A stretch of 61,799 bases of DNA, the filler included, from Trypethelium eluteriae (Eukaryota), in assembly GCA_051942245.1 (NCBI GenBank). It is 4 parts of 4 records of this genome, joined end to end, with 100 filler letters (N's around TTAATTAATTAA, not from the genome) between each part and the next. Parts side by side here need not be neighbours in the genome. Positions count along the whole stretch, not along the records: positions 1 to 15,419 come from JAVECL010000651.1; positions 15,520 to 30,914 come from JAVECL010000652.1; 2 more parts are not named here. The stretch is one strand, 5' to 3'. Position numbers and translations under genes: made by a program. Below, one piece after another: positions 12,094 through 24,357 of this stretch. A model generated the notes under the pieces. The model searched no databases, was not told where the DNA came from, and was given only the letters and a program-made list of their open reading frames with translations. The first letter of the stretch is position 1. Each line of letters opens with the position of its first letter.

Positions 12094-14004
12094 TCACTGT
12101 TCTTGGACCACACTTTCCAGGTTGCCAATTCCAGTCTGTCTTTCTGCTCTTCCTGCGCTGCCGTCCAGGATAAAGGGACCTGCATCATTGCGTGGAGTCA
12201 TGGGACCGTCTGATGCTGCCGTTTCCGCTCTTGTCAGGGCAAATTGCGTCGCCGAGCCAGGAGGAGAAAGTTGACCATTGAGGCCGGCCGAAATTGATGA
12301 ACTGCCACCAATAGGTACAGGTGCAGCACGAGGCACGCGGAGGCTACTATCAGAGTCTGGATCTGTAGGGTTGTTATCAAACCGTGGCGAAGGGTTTTCC
12401 AGCTGCGATGGTAAGGCTGTGTGGTCGTCCCCTTCCACGCCGCTCGTACCATCCTCATCCGTGTCACCATTGGCATGAATGATAGGATGTTCAGCTACAG
12501 AAGACATTGCGCCAGTGACGGCCTCTTTTTCTTGGGTTTCTGCGGGTGCTTCTTCCCATTCCTCTTCGAAGTCTGACAGGGGATCGTCGACGTCGGCCTC
12601 CAAATCTGCCATTGCGCGGCAGTTTGGACATTGGAATTGCGGGTATGCTTGGTCATTCAACATGGGGCGCACGCACTTGTAATGCCACACATGTGAGCAT
12701 GGAGCTACGAAAAGGGACTGACAGGGCTATGCTTCTACATCAGCTAATATATCGAACGATTATGACGGGAAGATACTGACCGATATTGACATAAGGCAAA
12801 TCGCGCACTCGGAAGTATGCGTCGATGCCGCGTCGCCTTCCCCTTGCGAGGTGGATTTGGCAAGATTTCGTATTCTTTTGTGTGTGCTTTTGCTGGTGAT
12901 TTCGTTAGTAGTAGTGTGAGGATTTTGGAATGAGGTTGCATACTTGAAGCTATTTAACCCCTTTTGCCAACCTCGGTTGCACTCAATCCGAATTTTGACG
13001 CATCTGAATATCATCTCCTCTCCACCCCTAAAGTCTATCCCCAACTGGACAATATCTCCATCTGAAACTTGGTACGGCTTTGATTCGACACCTGGCTGAC
13101 TCAGGCGTATGTGGTTAAGAAAAGTTCCCGAGCTGCTTTTGACGTCCTTGATGTACCACTGTCCATTTTGACACCAGAACTCGCAGTGTCGCCTACTTAC
13201 AACCTTTGACTTAAATCCCACAGGAGCAGCAGACGGCACGTTCTCTGGAATTTCTGGATTGTTGTCTCTTTCTGAGTAACGTCCCACTCGAATGACAGAC
13301 CATGAACTGGGTAGGGTCCGCGAGACAGTTGAGAAGTTCAGGGATGGTCGCGAGCTCCTAGACTCTTGAAAAGGTATGAAACGAATCAATGGCATCTGCT
13401 CAACCTGGGGACCATTGGGACCCAAAACTGGAGCCGACTCACCCCTCGCTCTGGTGTCTACAGGAGCATGTGGTGCTGGAACTGGTCGGCTCACGCTCTC
13501 CGCGGCAGAGGAAGACCCATTGCGCGTCATTTTGGCAGTCGTAGGGGGTTGATCGCGGGAAGATGTGGATTTCGTCGAGGCAGATTCCGTTCTAGGCTCG
13601 GCTGGCGTAGACTCAGTTTGTGTAGAGACCTGTGAAGCACCACTTCTATCTCCTCCCGCAGGAAGCCAACCACTGATGGACTGATGGGAGGCGGAGGAAG
13701 GGTCGGAGTTTCCAGAGTGCGATTGCGTTCGAGTTGCTGCAGCTCCGTCGGCACCCTCAGTATTAGCGGGGCCGGTGGCGCTCTCAGTGACACGGCCTGG
13801 GCTGGGAGTGCTCGTTGAGCGGGAAAATGGAGGCCGGCTTGATGAAGTTGGAGCAGTACTGCTATGTAGGTGGAGGTGGTTGTGGGTGTAATTTCTCAGG
13901 TAGCTCAGGCCGCGCAGTCTCCCAGAGCGAGTGGGTGATGTTGGCGAGGCGGGTGAGGTTGACGTTGATATGGTGGGCGGGGACGGAGCGGGAACCGTGA
14001 ACAT
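12094..14004 (-). CDS. DMA1: FHA-RING E3 ubiquitin ligase (Dma1/Dma2/Chf family)
   Basis: FHA domain (VGRYSERD..FKSKVVSRRH..DVKSSSGTFLN) followed by a RING-H2 (CAIC..APCSHVWHYKC..QCPNC). Introns 12943-12893 and 12780-12727. Confidence 0.93.
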
Positions 14005-14255
14005 GCTTGGGAGACCTGATCAATTCCGACGGAGGCAGCCGTATCTGGCCGATTGCAAAAGGGATGCGAAGAGGATTGGGGTTTGACGTTTCACGAGAGT
14101 TTGTAAAACGACTTTCAGCTCTGGATAATAGTACAAGGGTTCGCCGCCGCTTGGACCAGCATCCAACGCTGCTGGTCAGCACGCGAGTACGAGTGACGCG
14201 GTAGAGACGGAGCCGGACGCCAAACCCGTTGGAAAAACTTCATCTTCCATCTGCT

Positions 14256-15419
14256 ATGCTGCCAGCCACGAGAGCGACTTTGCGCCGCTCTGCACCTCGC
14301 CCACTCTCACGTCTATCGCAGACTGCTCACCGGACTTCCCGAACCTTTGCCTCCGTCGTCACCGCCCCGCAGAAGGTCTGTCTTGCCTGGGCCAAATCTT
14401 GATATCCAACCGACTAACAGCACAGCAGGATCCTACCGAGCTCGATCGAATTACAACCCTTCCCAATGGCGTGCGAGTTGCAACAGAGGCCCTGCCAGGC
14501 CACTTCTCTGGCATCGGCATCTATGTGGATGCTGGCTCGCGATATGAGAATAATGCGCTGAGAGGAGTTAGCCATATCATTGATCGATTGGCTTTCAAGG
14601 TATGAGGACCCATCATCCATCAAAGGACTTTTTCTGACACATGTAGTCTACGAAAAATCGCACTGCTGATGAGATGTTCGAATCAATGGAGACTCTTGGC
14701 GGAAACATCCAGTGTGCCTCCTCACGGGAATCGCTCATGTATCAATCAGCTACCTTCAACTCGGCCGTCCCATCTGCTGTTGCCCTCCTTGCAGAGACAA
14801 TACGCAACCCTTTGATTACAGAAGAGGAGGTCCAGATGCAACTGCAAACAGCCGACTATGAGATAGGCGAGATCTGGTCGAAGCCAGAACTGATTCTTCC
14901 CGAGTTGGTTCACATGGCTGCATACAAGGATAACACACTGGGGAACCCCTTATTATGCCCAAAAGACCGCTTGGATAAAATCGACAGGAGCGTAGTCAAC
15001 GCCTACAGGGAAGCCTTCTACCAGCCAGAAAGAATAGTGGTCGCTTTTGCAGGTGTCGATCACTTGGAGGCTGTCAAATTGACTGAGCAGTATTTTGGCG
15101 ATATGCAGAGCGCGAAGGATCCAGTACTTTCTGGAATAGGCACGGAGACGACCCTTCAAGACTCCTCTAGCCCCGAGACATCTCATCCTCAATCATCCCA
15201 TTCACAAACACCAACGCCCGTCCAGGAGCCTTCACGACTTCTAAGCAAGATCCCCTTCCTCAAGAACCTCTCCACCTCCGCCAAGAACTCCGCTTCCATC
15301 GCCTCGTCAACCGACCTTTCAAATCTCAGTCAACCCACCTCTCCAAACTCCAGTCTCGACCTCCACGCCCCCTCCCACTACACCGGCGGCTTCCTCAGCC
15401 TCCCAGCGATCCCCATCCC
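14256..15419 (+). CDS. MAS2: Mitochondrial processing peptidase alpha subunit (3' truncated by contig end)
   Basis: Arg-rich presequence, ITTLPNGVRVATE, GSRYE..GVSHIIDRLAFKST (non-catalytic M16 motif), GGNIQCASSRESLMYQ and SHYTGGF. Two introns. Confidence 0.92.
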
Positions 15420-15519
15420 NNNNNNNNNNNNNNNNNNNNNNNNNNNNNNNNNNNNNNNNNNNNTTAATTAATTAANNNNNNNNNNNNNNNNNNNNNNNNN
15501 NNNNNNNNNNNNNNNNNNN
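15420..15519. other. Artificial contig linker (44N + TTAATTAATTAA + 44N)
   Basis: Exactly 100 bp with a six-frame stop core. Identical to the other two linkers. Confidence 0.98.
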
Positions 15520-17154
15520 GTTCGTGTTGGTGGAGATGGAGGGGAAGGAGTTAGAGAAGAGAAGTTCGGTGAGTTTGCATTGGCGGAAGGGGACGACGCT
15601 TTGCTGTGCTCAGGAGTCAGATATCTGGGTCGACTGATTAAGCTGTGAAAGAAGTGGTACCTTGTTGCCGTCCTGGTTGTCGCTCTGCAGTTGCATACAC
15701 TGGCCAAGGTACATCAAGCTTTCATTTATTTTCCCAGCTTCGGCGAGTGTTGCGCCCGCAGTTCTGGCATTTCGTGCGCGCTCAGAGCCTTTCGATCTAT
15801 TAGCTGATTCCATATCTTCCAGGAAACACCCGTCTAGTTACCTGCTAGATCAACGACCGTCAATGTGCTCCCACTCCACGGCCCTTTTGTTGCTTTGTCT
15901 CGCTTCTTTACCTCTACGCAGAAAAAGCCATGACTTCGCGAGCTCACAGCATTGCTTCCTGTACCTGCAACCTTTCTTTCCATGAGTCCTGTCTCTAGAA
16001 CCATGATTGCTTCCTCGAAGCTACCGCATATGACCTTCTTTAAGCCCGCAACAACTTTCCTGTCGGGGGATTGTTCTGTCGATTTGAAAAGTAAAGCCCT
16101 GCGCCTTTGTAGTCCAGCCTTCAGCTGTCCAGAACTGCCTCCTAGGAGATCAAATATCCGGTCATTGTAGACCTCATACATCGAGACGATGATCGCATAC
16201 TCAGCTGATTTGTCGGAGCGCAACTGGACATTGGGGACGGTGGGGATCTGGGGTAATCCGGATGGACGAGGTATGTGCCGCTTTGGTAAGGTAATGTACG
16301 AGCTCGAATCCTTTATTGTCGGAAAAACCTCCTTGTTAGCAAATGACGTTGTCTTCAAGGTCCATCCTAGTGCCGCTTCGGCGTTTGAGATGAAATCATA
16401 TCGGCGGGATTCAGTATTGGTCTTGGAAGGAGATTGATTGCCCTGTACAGAAAGTGCCGGATACAAATTACGTGAGGAGATATGGAAAGGTACATTGAAT
16501 TTGTTTGGTGGAATTGGTTGTGTCGATTGTTTGCCTACCAGAAGGGGGGTGGTCGCTCGCGAGTGTCCACGCTCAGACTGTCCATCTCCGTAAATGCTGT
16601 CCAGAAAAGTGGATGCTGGAGTAACGAAGGCTTCAGATACATCTGCGGCATCGAGAGAAGCAAAAGTGGTGGGTTCATCCGAACGTTCAATCAAATGGTC
16701 GGCCACTGCATTGTATAGCACATCAAGAGAGAGCTGTATTAAACCACGCTGACTTTTGGATCCAAGAATGGTATGAGTCTAATCTATTAGCACATTCCAT
16801 CAGATCTCCAAGATTGCATACTTTTCCCGAGCCTGTGACGCCTAATGTTGCCACCAGTGCATCCCGTCCTTCTCTTCGCTCAGATCCCAAGACGCCTTCA
16901 ATAAGTGGCAGCACTCCTGTTCCTTCGAAGACCTCTAGCTGAGTAGCTTCTTCCTCGAAAACTCTTGTGAAGGCGAATCTCTCGACAGCCCGTTTGCGGA
17001 AATCCGAGGCGGGAGGTTTGATGGTAATGTGGGTGGGATTGATGGGTTCGCCATGTTCAACTTCCAGAAATCGTTGTAATCCAGCGCCGGCGGGTAGTCG
17101 CAGTCGCAAATAGACTTCGAACAGAGAGCTCGCTGGTCTCGAAGGTTTCTCCAT
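15520..17154 (-). CDS. Kinesin motor protein, probably kinesin-6-like (3' truncated by contig end)
   Basis: LFEVYLRLR, P-loop LGVTGSGK, SMYEVYNDRIFDLL, switch I NAVSSRSH, switch II VVDLAGSER and EAGKINESLMYLGQC. Long insert within the motor domain. Confidence 0.88.
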
Positions 17155-17442
17155 TTCGAGCTTCGAAAAATTTGATCGGAGGGTCCTGGTCAAAAACGAT
17201 GCTGGGTGTTGTTTTCAAAGGTAAACAATCAGGGCGGGGCAACCGAGCCAATCGTGCAGCGCTCGCACCCTCGAAAAACGCTCCGCACCGTGCGCACCTT
17301 CCCACGCGCCTGATCATCGCATTTCCCATGATCTAGTAATCTCATTGGAGAAATCGACGGTTTGAAAGAGCATTGGCTCGGTCAACGAGGATTGTTCGAT
17401 CGCGCACATAAAAAAGAAAAAAAGCAATTTGCCCAAAATCTT

Positions 17443-19690
17443 CTACTCTGGCGCGATTTCATCAAAACATTGGCAATCACCGGCGTCTCCTCCGCGTCTG
17501 CTCCCACTCAGAAGAGTAGGACATTTCCATGCGATGTCCATGTCGGAGCACTGGAGCAATGTGGACCATAGACGCTCCATGGTGTAGCCGAAATAAGGAG
17601 CATTCATTGAGTCCGGCCTTCCTTGAAGATACTTTTGTTGATGTGCCCAACTCTCGGGATCCACCAGGGCTTGACGCAATTCCTCGTATACTTTTCTTTC
17701 AACGCCGCGAATGCGCTGGGCCGAAGCAATGAACTGCCCTTTGTAAGATAGAAGCATTGGACCACAACTCAATTGATTGGCATCTTTGTAGACATCAAGA
17801 AGCACACCAGATGTGTCAGACCATCCCCAGCGGTCTCCGCAATTTCGGCAATCACACACATTCCCACTGAATCCAAGACTTAGCATTCCAGTATTGAACT
17901 TGAAATAATCTCGGACACGTGGATAGAACTCTCGGGGATTGTGGATGTCGGCTTGCATGAATAGAGTGTGCTCCGCAAGATTGTCCCAGTGGCGAAGAAC
18001 ATGGTGAAGATAAGTTTCAGATTCTCGACCTTCATTTGGAAGCTTGATAACCTCAAAAGCACCCAAGGCTTGCTGCAATTGTGAGGCCTCGGCATCTTCA
18101 TCCTTTGTGTATACGATGACTCTTGGAGATGTTTTCGCGATGACATCAATCTGAGTGATCCTAGAGATGACGGAGGAAACAGAAGTCTTGGATTCCCGGT
18201 ACATACTGATGACAATATCAAGCTGCGATGACGGCTGGTAGTCGAGATCTAATGATGGTCGTGGCATCTCCAACCTTCTCCCTGAAGTAGGTAAGAAGTT
18301 TGCTTGCATGTAGGTTGCCCAACTGCTTAATCCCACGACCAGCAATACGATGGTGATGGAACGAGTGAGCGTGCTGGCCTGGAGGTCTCGCTTGGGAATT
18401 CGATGATTTAATACATCTCCATTCGTTCTCTCGAGTGGACCCGGCCGTCCTCTGGCAGAATCATGATTTGGCAGGCTGTAGTACTCCACGTTCACCTGCT
18501 CACCACGGGCAATACTCTCATTACTACTTGCCGTAGGGCCATACAAAGACCTCCCCACAATCATGCGAAGGATCCAGTTATCTGCAAGTCCGCAAATTCC
18601 AATAATGTATACCACAGCTTGCAGCCAAGTAGTGTATCCGCGCTGACATGCAAAGTTTGAGAGCCACGCAGCTATGCCGGACCTTGCGCAGTCCAGGGCA
18701 AGACGCAGGAATGAAGGAAATCCAGAGAACGAGGCGTTCGATGAATCATTCAGATCCTCCAGAGACGTTTCAACTGAACCACCTAATATGAGAGAGATGG
18801 CCCCGGTGGCAATGGCGAAAGCAAATACTGGGTAGAATTGCGAAGAGGCTGAGGTTTGGGGTATATGTGAGAACTCAAAAGCGTATGAGCAAGTGGCTAA
18901 GACAGGCGCATTTAGTATCATAGCCAATACGACAATATTCCTTCCAGAAGAATAGCAATTGTTTTGGCTCGCAGTCCCTGTCGTTTCGTTTCCATAACCA
19001 CGGGAAGCCTTTGCGATTCGGGAGAAGACAAGCGCTAGGACTCCAAAAATCAGTCCGTTGACCGTAAGCCGGTAATCATCGTAAAGCACAAGGCCAACAG
19101 TAAGCATGGAAAACAATGTATAGACGGCAATATCCTTTGGGATACCTCTGTTGTGGATCAAGAAAGCGAAGAAGGTTTCAAGAGGCACTAGCAAAGGCTG
19201 CAGCGTGTTAGTAGCCTCGATTAAAAATGTATTGGAGGGAACCCACAGCAAGCATTAGTAGAGTGACGATATTCGGAAAGTGCAGGATAGCCTGCGAGTA
19301 AAGAATGAGGGACAGGCTCAGAAGTACAGCAGCAGGGACTAATGGAATGCTTTTGGAATGGAATAGAGAATCAATGATCTCAGTGCGTGCCAGTAAGGGT
19401 CGAAGACGAGAAGGGAAGGCAGTGAAGACCCATTGCGGTGCAACATGTGGGAAGATTATCATGAGTAATGCTGCGATTTCCTGTAAAGCCAGGAGACGGA
19501 ATGGAAAATGAAAGTTTTGTTGCTCAAAGAGGTTTTTGCTTGATACCACAGCCATCGCAGCCATCGGTGGCCAAAGGAACGTCTTGGTCCAAGAGGGTCG
19601 AGTCCGTATCGGTGAAGACAGGTTGTCGGTGAGCTGCAAAGACGACGGGCTTTGGGTTCCATCCTGATCCTCGGATACGTGCGTCGCCAT
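17443..19690 (-). CDS. Multi-pass membrane protein (TPT/DMT-like N-terminus) fused to a C-terminal DUF3431-like domain
   Basis: Exon 19690-19247, intron 19246-19198, exon 19197-17443. About ten hydrophobic segments, then LDIVISMYRE..VYTKD..LPNEGRESETYLHHVLRHWDNLAEHTLFMQA..GQFIASAQRIR..GYTMERLWSTL. Confidence 0.75.
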
Positions 19691-19928
19691 TTTCAAGGCT
19701 AATAAGGTATGTATCTATCACATAGCAGAAAAGCTCCCCAAAAAAACTATATTCTAAAAAGCGCAAAAGGCGTAAAGTTCATCGTGGCTCTCAACTGTTG
19801 ACCTCTGACGTACATCACATATTTGTCTCAAATGTCATAGACGCGCTCTGTGTGTGATACAAAATCATAAGGCGAATATTCAGGCTTGTCTTTCGCTTAG
19901 AAAAAAGAGATGTGTTGTGATGGAAGAT

Positions 19929-19966
19929 GGACTCGAGACTAGGACTCGAAGGACTCGAAGGACTCT
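19929..19966. repeat. Short imperfect tandem repeat (GGACTCGAA-like units)
   Basis: ggactcgaga-cta-ggactcgaa-ggactcgaa-ggactc in the divergent intergenic region. Confidence 0.5.
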
Positions 19967-20142
19967 TATGTAAGCGACCATCTAGTCATTGATGCTCCCA
20001 AAGCGGAAGTCGTTCCCTTTGACGCGTTGTTTGATGACCCCGACGAAAAGAGCTGAAGCCCATGTCGTCCATCTCGTTACCTTCACGGCGCTCTCATTAG
20101 CATTAGTTTTCTATTGCTAGACCTGTTGTCTAAATACCTGCG

Positions 20143-22113
20143 ATGGTGTTGCAATTACCTGTCGATATCCTGCACCTCATTTGCAATGAATTATCCAATC
20201 AGATCGATTTTGACACGCTCTATAATTGCGCGCAAACCAATAAGCAGCTAGCTATACCAGCGCTCACAAGCCTTTATAGGTAAGCAACGGCACGAGCTAA
20301 TCCTTGAAAGAAAGAATTTCTTCTGACATGCTCGAAAAGCATTGCTCACCATTCCAATTTCTCGGACGCGGCAAGCAACGCATTTATTCCACATCAGGAA
20401 ACTCTACTTCAAAAATGGGCAATATTATGGCGAAGTATTATTCTCTCCAGCTTAGATAGAACATACTTCATCTACTGCCGATATCTGCGAGAACTGGATC
20501 TCAACGACCTGGGACAATTATTTGAAGCTGATAAGTTCAGAACCAAGATTGAGAAGTATGCTCTCCCAAAGGCATTCTGTCGATCGTCAACTTAGAGAAA
20601 TCCAGGAAATTTTTTGAAGGAGAGCTTTCGAAACTGCGCATTCTCTCGAATACTGCGCGTCCGAATACCGAGCGTCTTGATATCAATGCCGTCACAAATC
20701 GAGTCGGAGACGGTATGCTAAACTATCAGCGTAGTGACTACGGCTGATAGCAAGTAGTGGTGACAGAAAAGGCTCCCCTTCTGGAAGCTATTTCTAGCAA
20801 CAGTGGTTTAGGTAGGTAGGAACTCTACTTCATAGGCTCTTTTCTAATAGTGCCAGACTCGTCGAGTGCCCTCAGGAAATGGATTCCCATGCTCAGCAAG
20901 TTGCAGGAGCTCAAGCTATTCAATGGCAAGACGTTAGCTGACCCTGCCATCCCGGAATTGATAACCGCGCATTGCCCTTTCTTTCGCCGACTCTGGATCT
21001 TCCTTTGGTATGCGTTCTAGCACTCTGAAACCAACGAGTGATCCTGACAATACCGTAGGGTTACTCCTGAATCCGACCACCAACTCGCCACCTTCATCCA
21101 AGGCATTCCCACTCCGACCCTCCATTCCCTCCAAATCTTCAGCGCCAACGGCATCGGCGCCGAATCCTTTCTCGGCTTAAACCACCACGCTCCAACCCTC
21201 AAACTCCTCCGCCTCTCCGCCAAGCCAGCACACCTCGCCCTCCTCTCCTCCTGCACACAAATCGAAACGCTCATCCTCGAAGACCCCACCGGCACCTCCG
21301 ACCTCGAGCACGACGACCCCTCCGCCTTCGCCACCATCGCCAGCTGGCTGCAATCCTGCCACTACCTGCGCGTCCTCGAATTCAACAAGTTCCCCCCGGC
21401 CGCCGCTCTCATCACGCCCGCGCTTCTCTCACCAGCCCCCGATAACAGCAACAATAGCGACGATACCCGCGCGCTGCCCCACCTCCACAGGCTGCAAGTC
21501 GAAGGCTACGCAATGCGCCATGCGTCCGCGCGCGCCTTCCACGAAGCGCTCGCGCACCAGCGGGGGCTGCGGACGCTGGTGCTGAAGGGCGACGCGGAAG
21601 GCAGCGGGCGCGCCGATTGCGACGCGCTGTGCGAGGCGGTGGGGGCGATCGGGGGTCTGCGCGACCTGAAGCTGCGGGGGGTGTCGGAGTTCTTCGCGAA
21701 CGAGCACGTCAGCTATTTGGCGGGGAACCTGCCGGAGCTGGAGCACCTGTATGTCGAGGGGTGGGCGATTGGCGACGGGGTGTGGGGCGCGCTCGGCGGG
21801 CTGCGCAAGCTGCAGTGGATTTCGTTTATGGGGCTGACGCAGTTTACGAGGGAGGGGTTGATGGGGTTTGTGAGGAGGTTGAGGCGGCCCGGGAATGAGG
21901 GGATTGTGGTCATGGTGGATAATGCGGATTTGGAGGGGCGGTTGTCGGAGGAGGAGCAGGCGGAGGTGAGGGAGGCGATTTTGGAGAGGGTGGATGGGAG
22001 GTTTGAGTATACGCTGTATAGAGGTAGGTTGACGAGGAATGCGAACTTCTTACAGGACCAAGCTGATTTTCGTAGATCCCGACTTATCGGAGTTCGAGGG
22101 TGAATCGGATTGA
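20143..22113 (+). CDS. F-box-like / leucine-rich-repeat (RNI-like) protein
   Basis: N-terminus MVLQLPVDILHLICNEL..LYNCA is F-box-like. LxxLxL repeats follow (LRELDL, LQELKL, LRTLVL, LRDLKL, LEHLYV). Several short introns; last exon DPDLSEFEGESD*. Confidence 0.75.
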
Positions 22114-22321
22114 ATCAAGTGACTGCTTGGCCGTTGTGTTTGAATACCTAAGTAGTTATACAAAAAGCTAAAGACTCTAATGATCGTATGTACATGTACA
22201 CGTAATTCTCCCTTGAAATCTGGGTTTCATAGGAAGTATCCTTACATGGTGGGTGGTGGGACTCGAACCCTACTCCTGAATCGACTTATCCTCGATTGCT
22301 TTCCTGCGCATATGCAGATGC

Positions 22322-24357
22322 TCATTTCGCACCCTCCGATTCGTCTATGGGTTGGCTTTGTTCCACGGGAACCACTCTGGATGATTTCTGTCGATCTAAG
22401 AAAGCTTGCAACCGCCCTCTTCGCTCTTCAAACTGAGACCTTGCAGTATGCGTTAAACGGTCGTCTCTCAGCATAGCGAAATATACTCGAAGAACATTTC
22501 CCAAAAATGCCATAGCTTCCCCCATTGCTTTAGGGGTGATCTTACCAGCATAGGAAATCTTGCTCTTCACCTCAGTAACGGCTTTTTGAACGCGCTCAGC
22601 CGCATACAACATATGCTCTTGGTCGCCTGTGCTTAGCGCAAGGTCGAGGTAAAGAGAAACTGTCTTGGGGTCAGATCCACTAAGCTTCTTCTCCATAAGG
22701 TCAAGGACATAATTCGCATGCGTCATGACATGACGGTTTTTATTGTCTCGGGCACAACAGCTCATGGCAATGCGGAACGTCTTTCCCGCCGGTGCAGTGG
22801 CAGCACCTGCCCCATCGAGGTGCGTGCGAAGGAGCGCCACAACTTGTCCGCTGGAGCGATATTGGCGGAGACAGCGGAGATACATGTTGACATTGTCCAG
22901 GTCGGGAACGATTTCGAATTTCTGGGTGAACAATTCCCAATACTGATCCCCCAGCTTTTTTGCATACATCTTTTGGCACGCTTCGACGACCACAGACAGC
23001 GTATTATTGTCTGGCTGCGCAAAGGTAGGGGATGAAGACCGGGCAACAGCATCGGCACTCCCTAAGCTACTTATGCTATCGAATTCACTCCTTGGTCGAA
23101 GTTCCGAGTCGTCATCTTTTGCCGGTGTATTTGGCAGACGCACGTCAGTTGTCAGACCCGCTGCGACATGCGGCGCTCTCAGCCGCGGTGCAATGTGCGA
23201 GTCCTCACGCTCTTTTGAGCCAAAGGGTGCGATCAGGCGAGGAATATCCATGGTTTGCTCGATCAGAGTCAAGACATCATCCCAATCTCTTGCGCGGACC
23301 CCGCTAAGCAGTAGCCTACCCATCGCACAGACAAGATCTGCATCGACAAAAAGCTTACCTTTCCTCCAATGGTTCACTATAGATCCCCAGATTTGACGAC
23401 CTTGGCTAACAGCATCTTCACGCCTTGCCGCATACTCCTCTTCTGTCATTCCAGCAAGACGCTCGTCAAATCTTTGCATTCCCAAGGCATTCAAGATCGT
23501 GGTGAACGTTAGCTTGTCAGGTGCACCCGATCCCTCTTCTGGCATTTTCTCGATCACACCCCAGAGTGCGTCCATATTCCTAGTACGAACGCAGACCTTG
23601 AGCACGGCGTTGCTGTGGATTATCGTTGGCCGCACTCGTGCCCCTGTAGCAGACATGGAGTAGTAAATTGACAAGGCATTTCCCAGACTATTAGGTAGTT
23701 CACAATTCTTCGCGAAGCCTCGGAGCAGAAGGAGGTAGGTGTAGGAGTCCGGAAATTGTGCGCGCTTCTTCATCTGGGATCCTTTATGAGTATCAACTCA
23801 ACTATGATCACACCTACTTGACTTACTTCATTGTATGCTTTCATAGCCGCATTTGCCTTTCCCCTGCTCATCATCCAATCTATGATGTGATTCCAACTCA
23901 CAACGCACTGCATATTTTTACTGCTGGCCATCCTTGCCAGTACCATTGCTTTTTCCACATTATCCTGATGAAGCAGATCCCAGACGCGGTCCGACAATTT
24001 CAGCGGGTCCTTCAAGTACGCCAGCTCTAAGCGGAGCTGCTCTTGATCCGCTTGAGATAGTGTGGCAGGTGCATCATGTTTAGATTCATGTGCCCGATGC
24101 TTATAGGCAAGAATTTTGGCGTTCTCGGCCTTCTGCGGATACCGCCGTTCCTTCGCCGCTCTCCTGGCCTCTTCAGACGATGTTAGAAAGCCTAGTTTGC
24201 GTGAACGCTCAACTGCCGTCGAGTAAGGTCGAGATCGACTTTGGTTGACCCATCGTAGGGTATATGGCGAAACTTGTCGTGATGACGCAGGAAAGAGGTG
24301 GGGGCGACCGACAACTGCTCGAAAGCATCGTTCAATGCAGGCTGGACAGTCGAGCAT
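22322..24357 (-). CDS. Mitochondrial pentatricopeptide-repeat (PPR) protein
   Basis: Presequence MLDCPACIERCFR, then PPR motifs VVSWNHIIDWMMSRGKANAAMKAYNE|MKKRAQFPDSYTYLLLLRGFA and PTIIHSNAVLKVC. One intron near 23824-23774. Confidence 0.85.

Noticed and set aside
15464..15475. TTAATTAATTAA as a biological repeat or piggyBac-type TTAA target site
   Set aside because: It is always centred between two 44-N runs, so it is an assembly linker.
14256..17154. MAS2 and kinesin as convergent neighbours, and other cross-linker gene clusters
   Set aside because: They lie on different contigs joined artificially.
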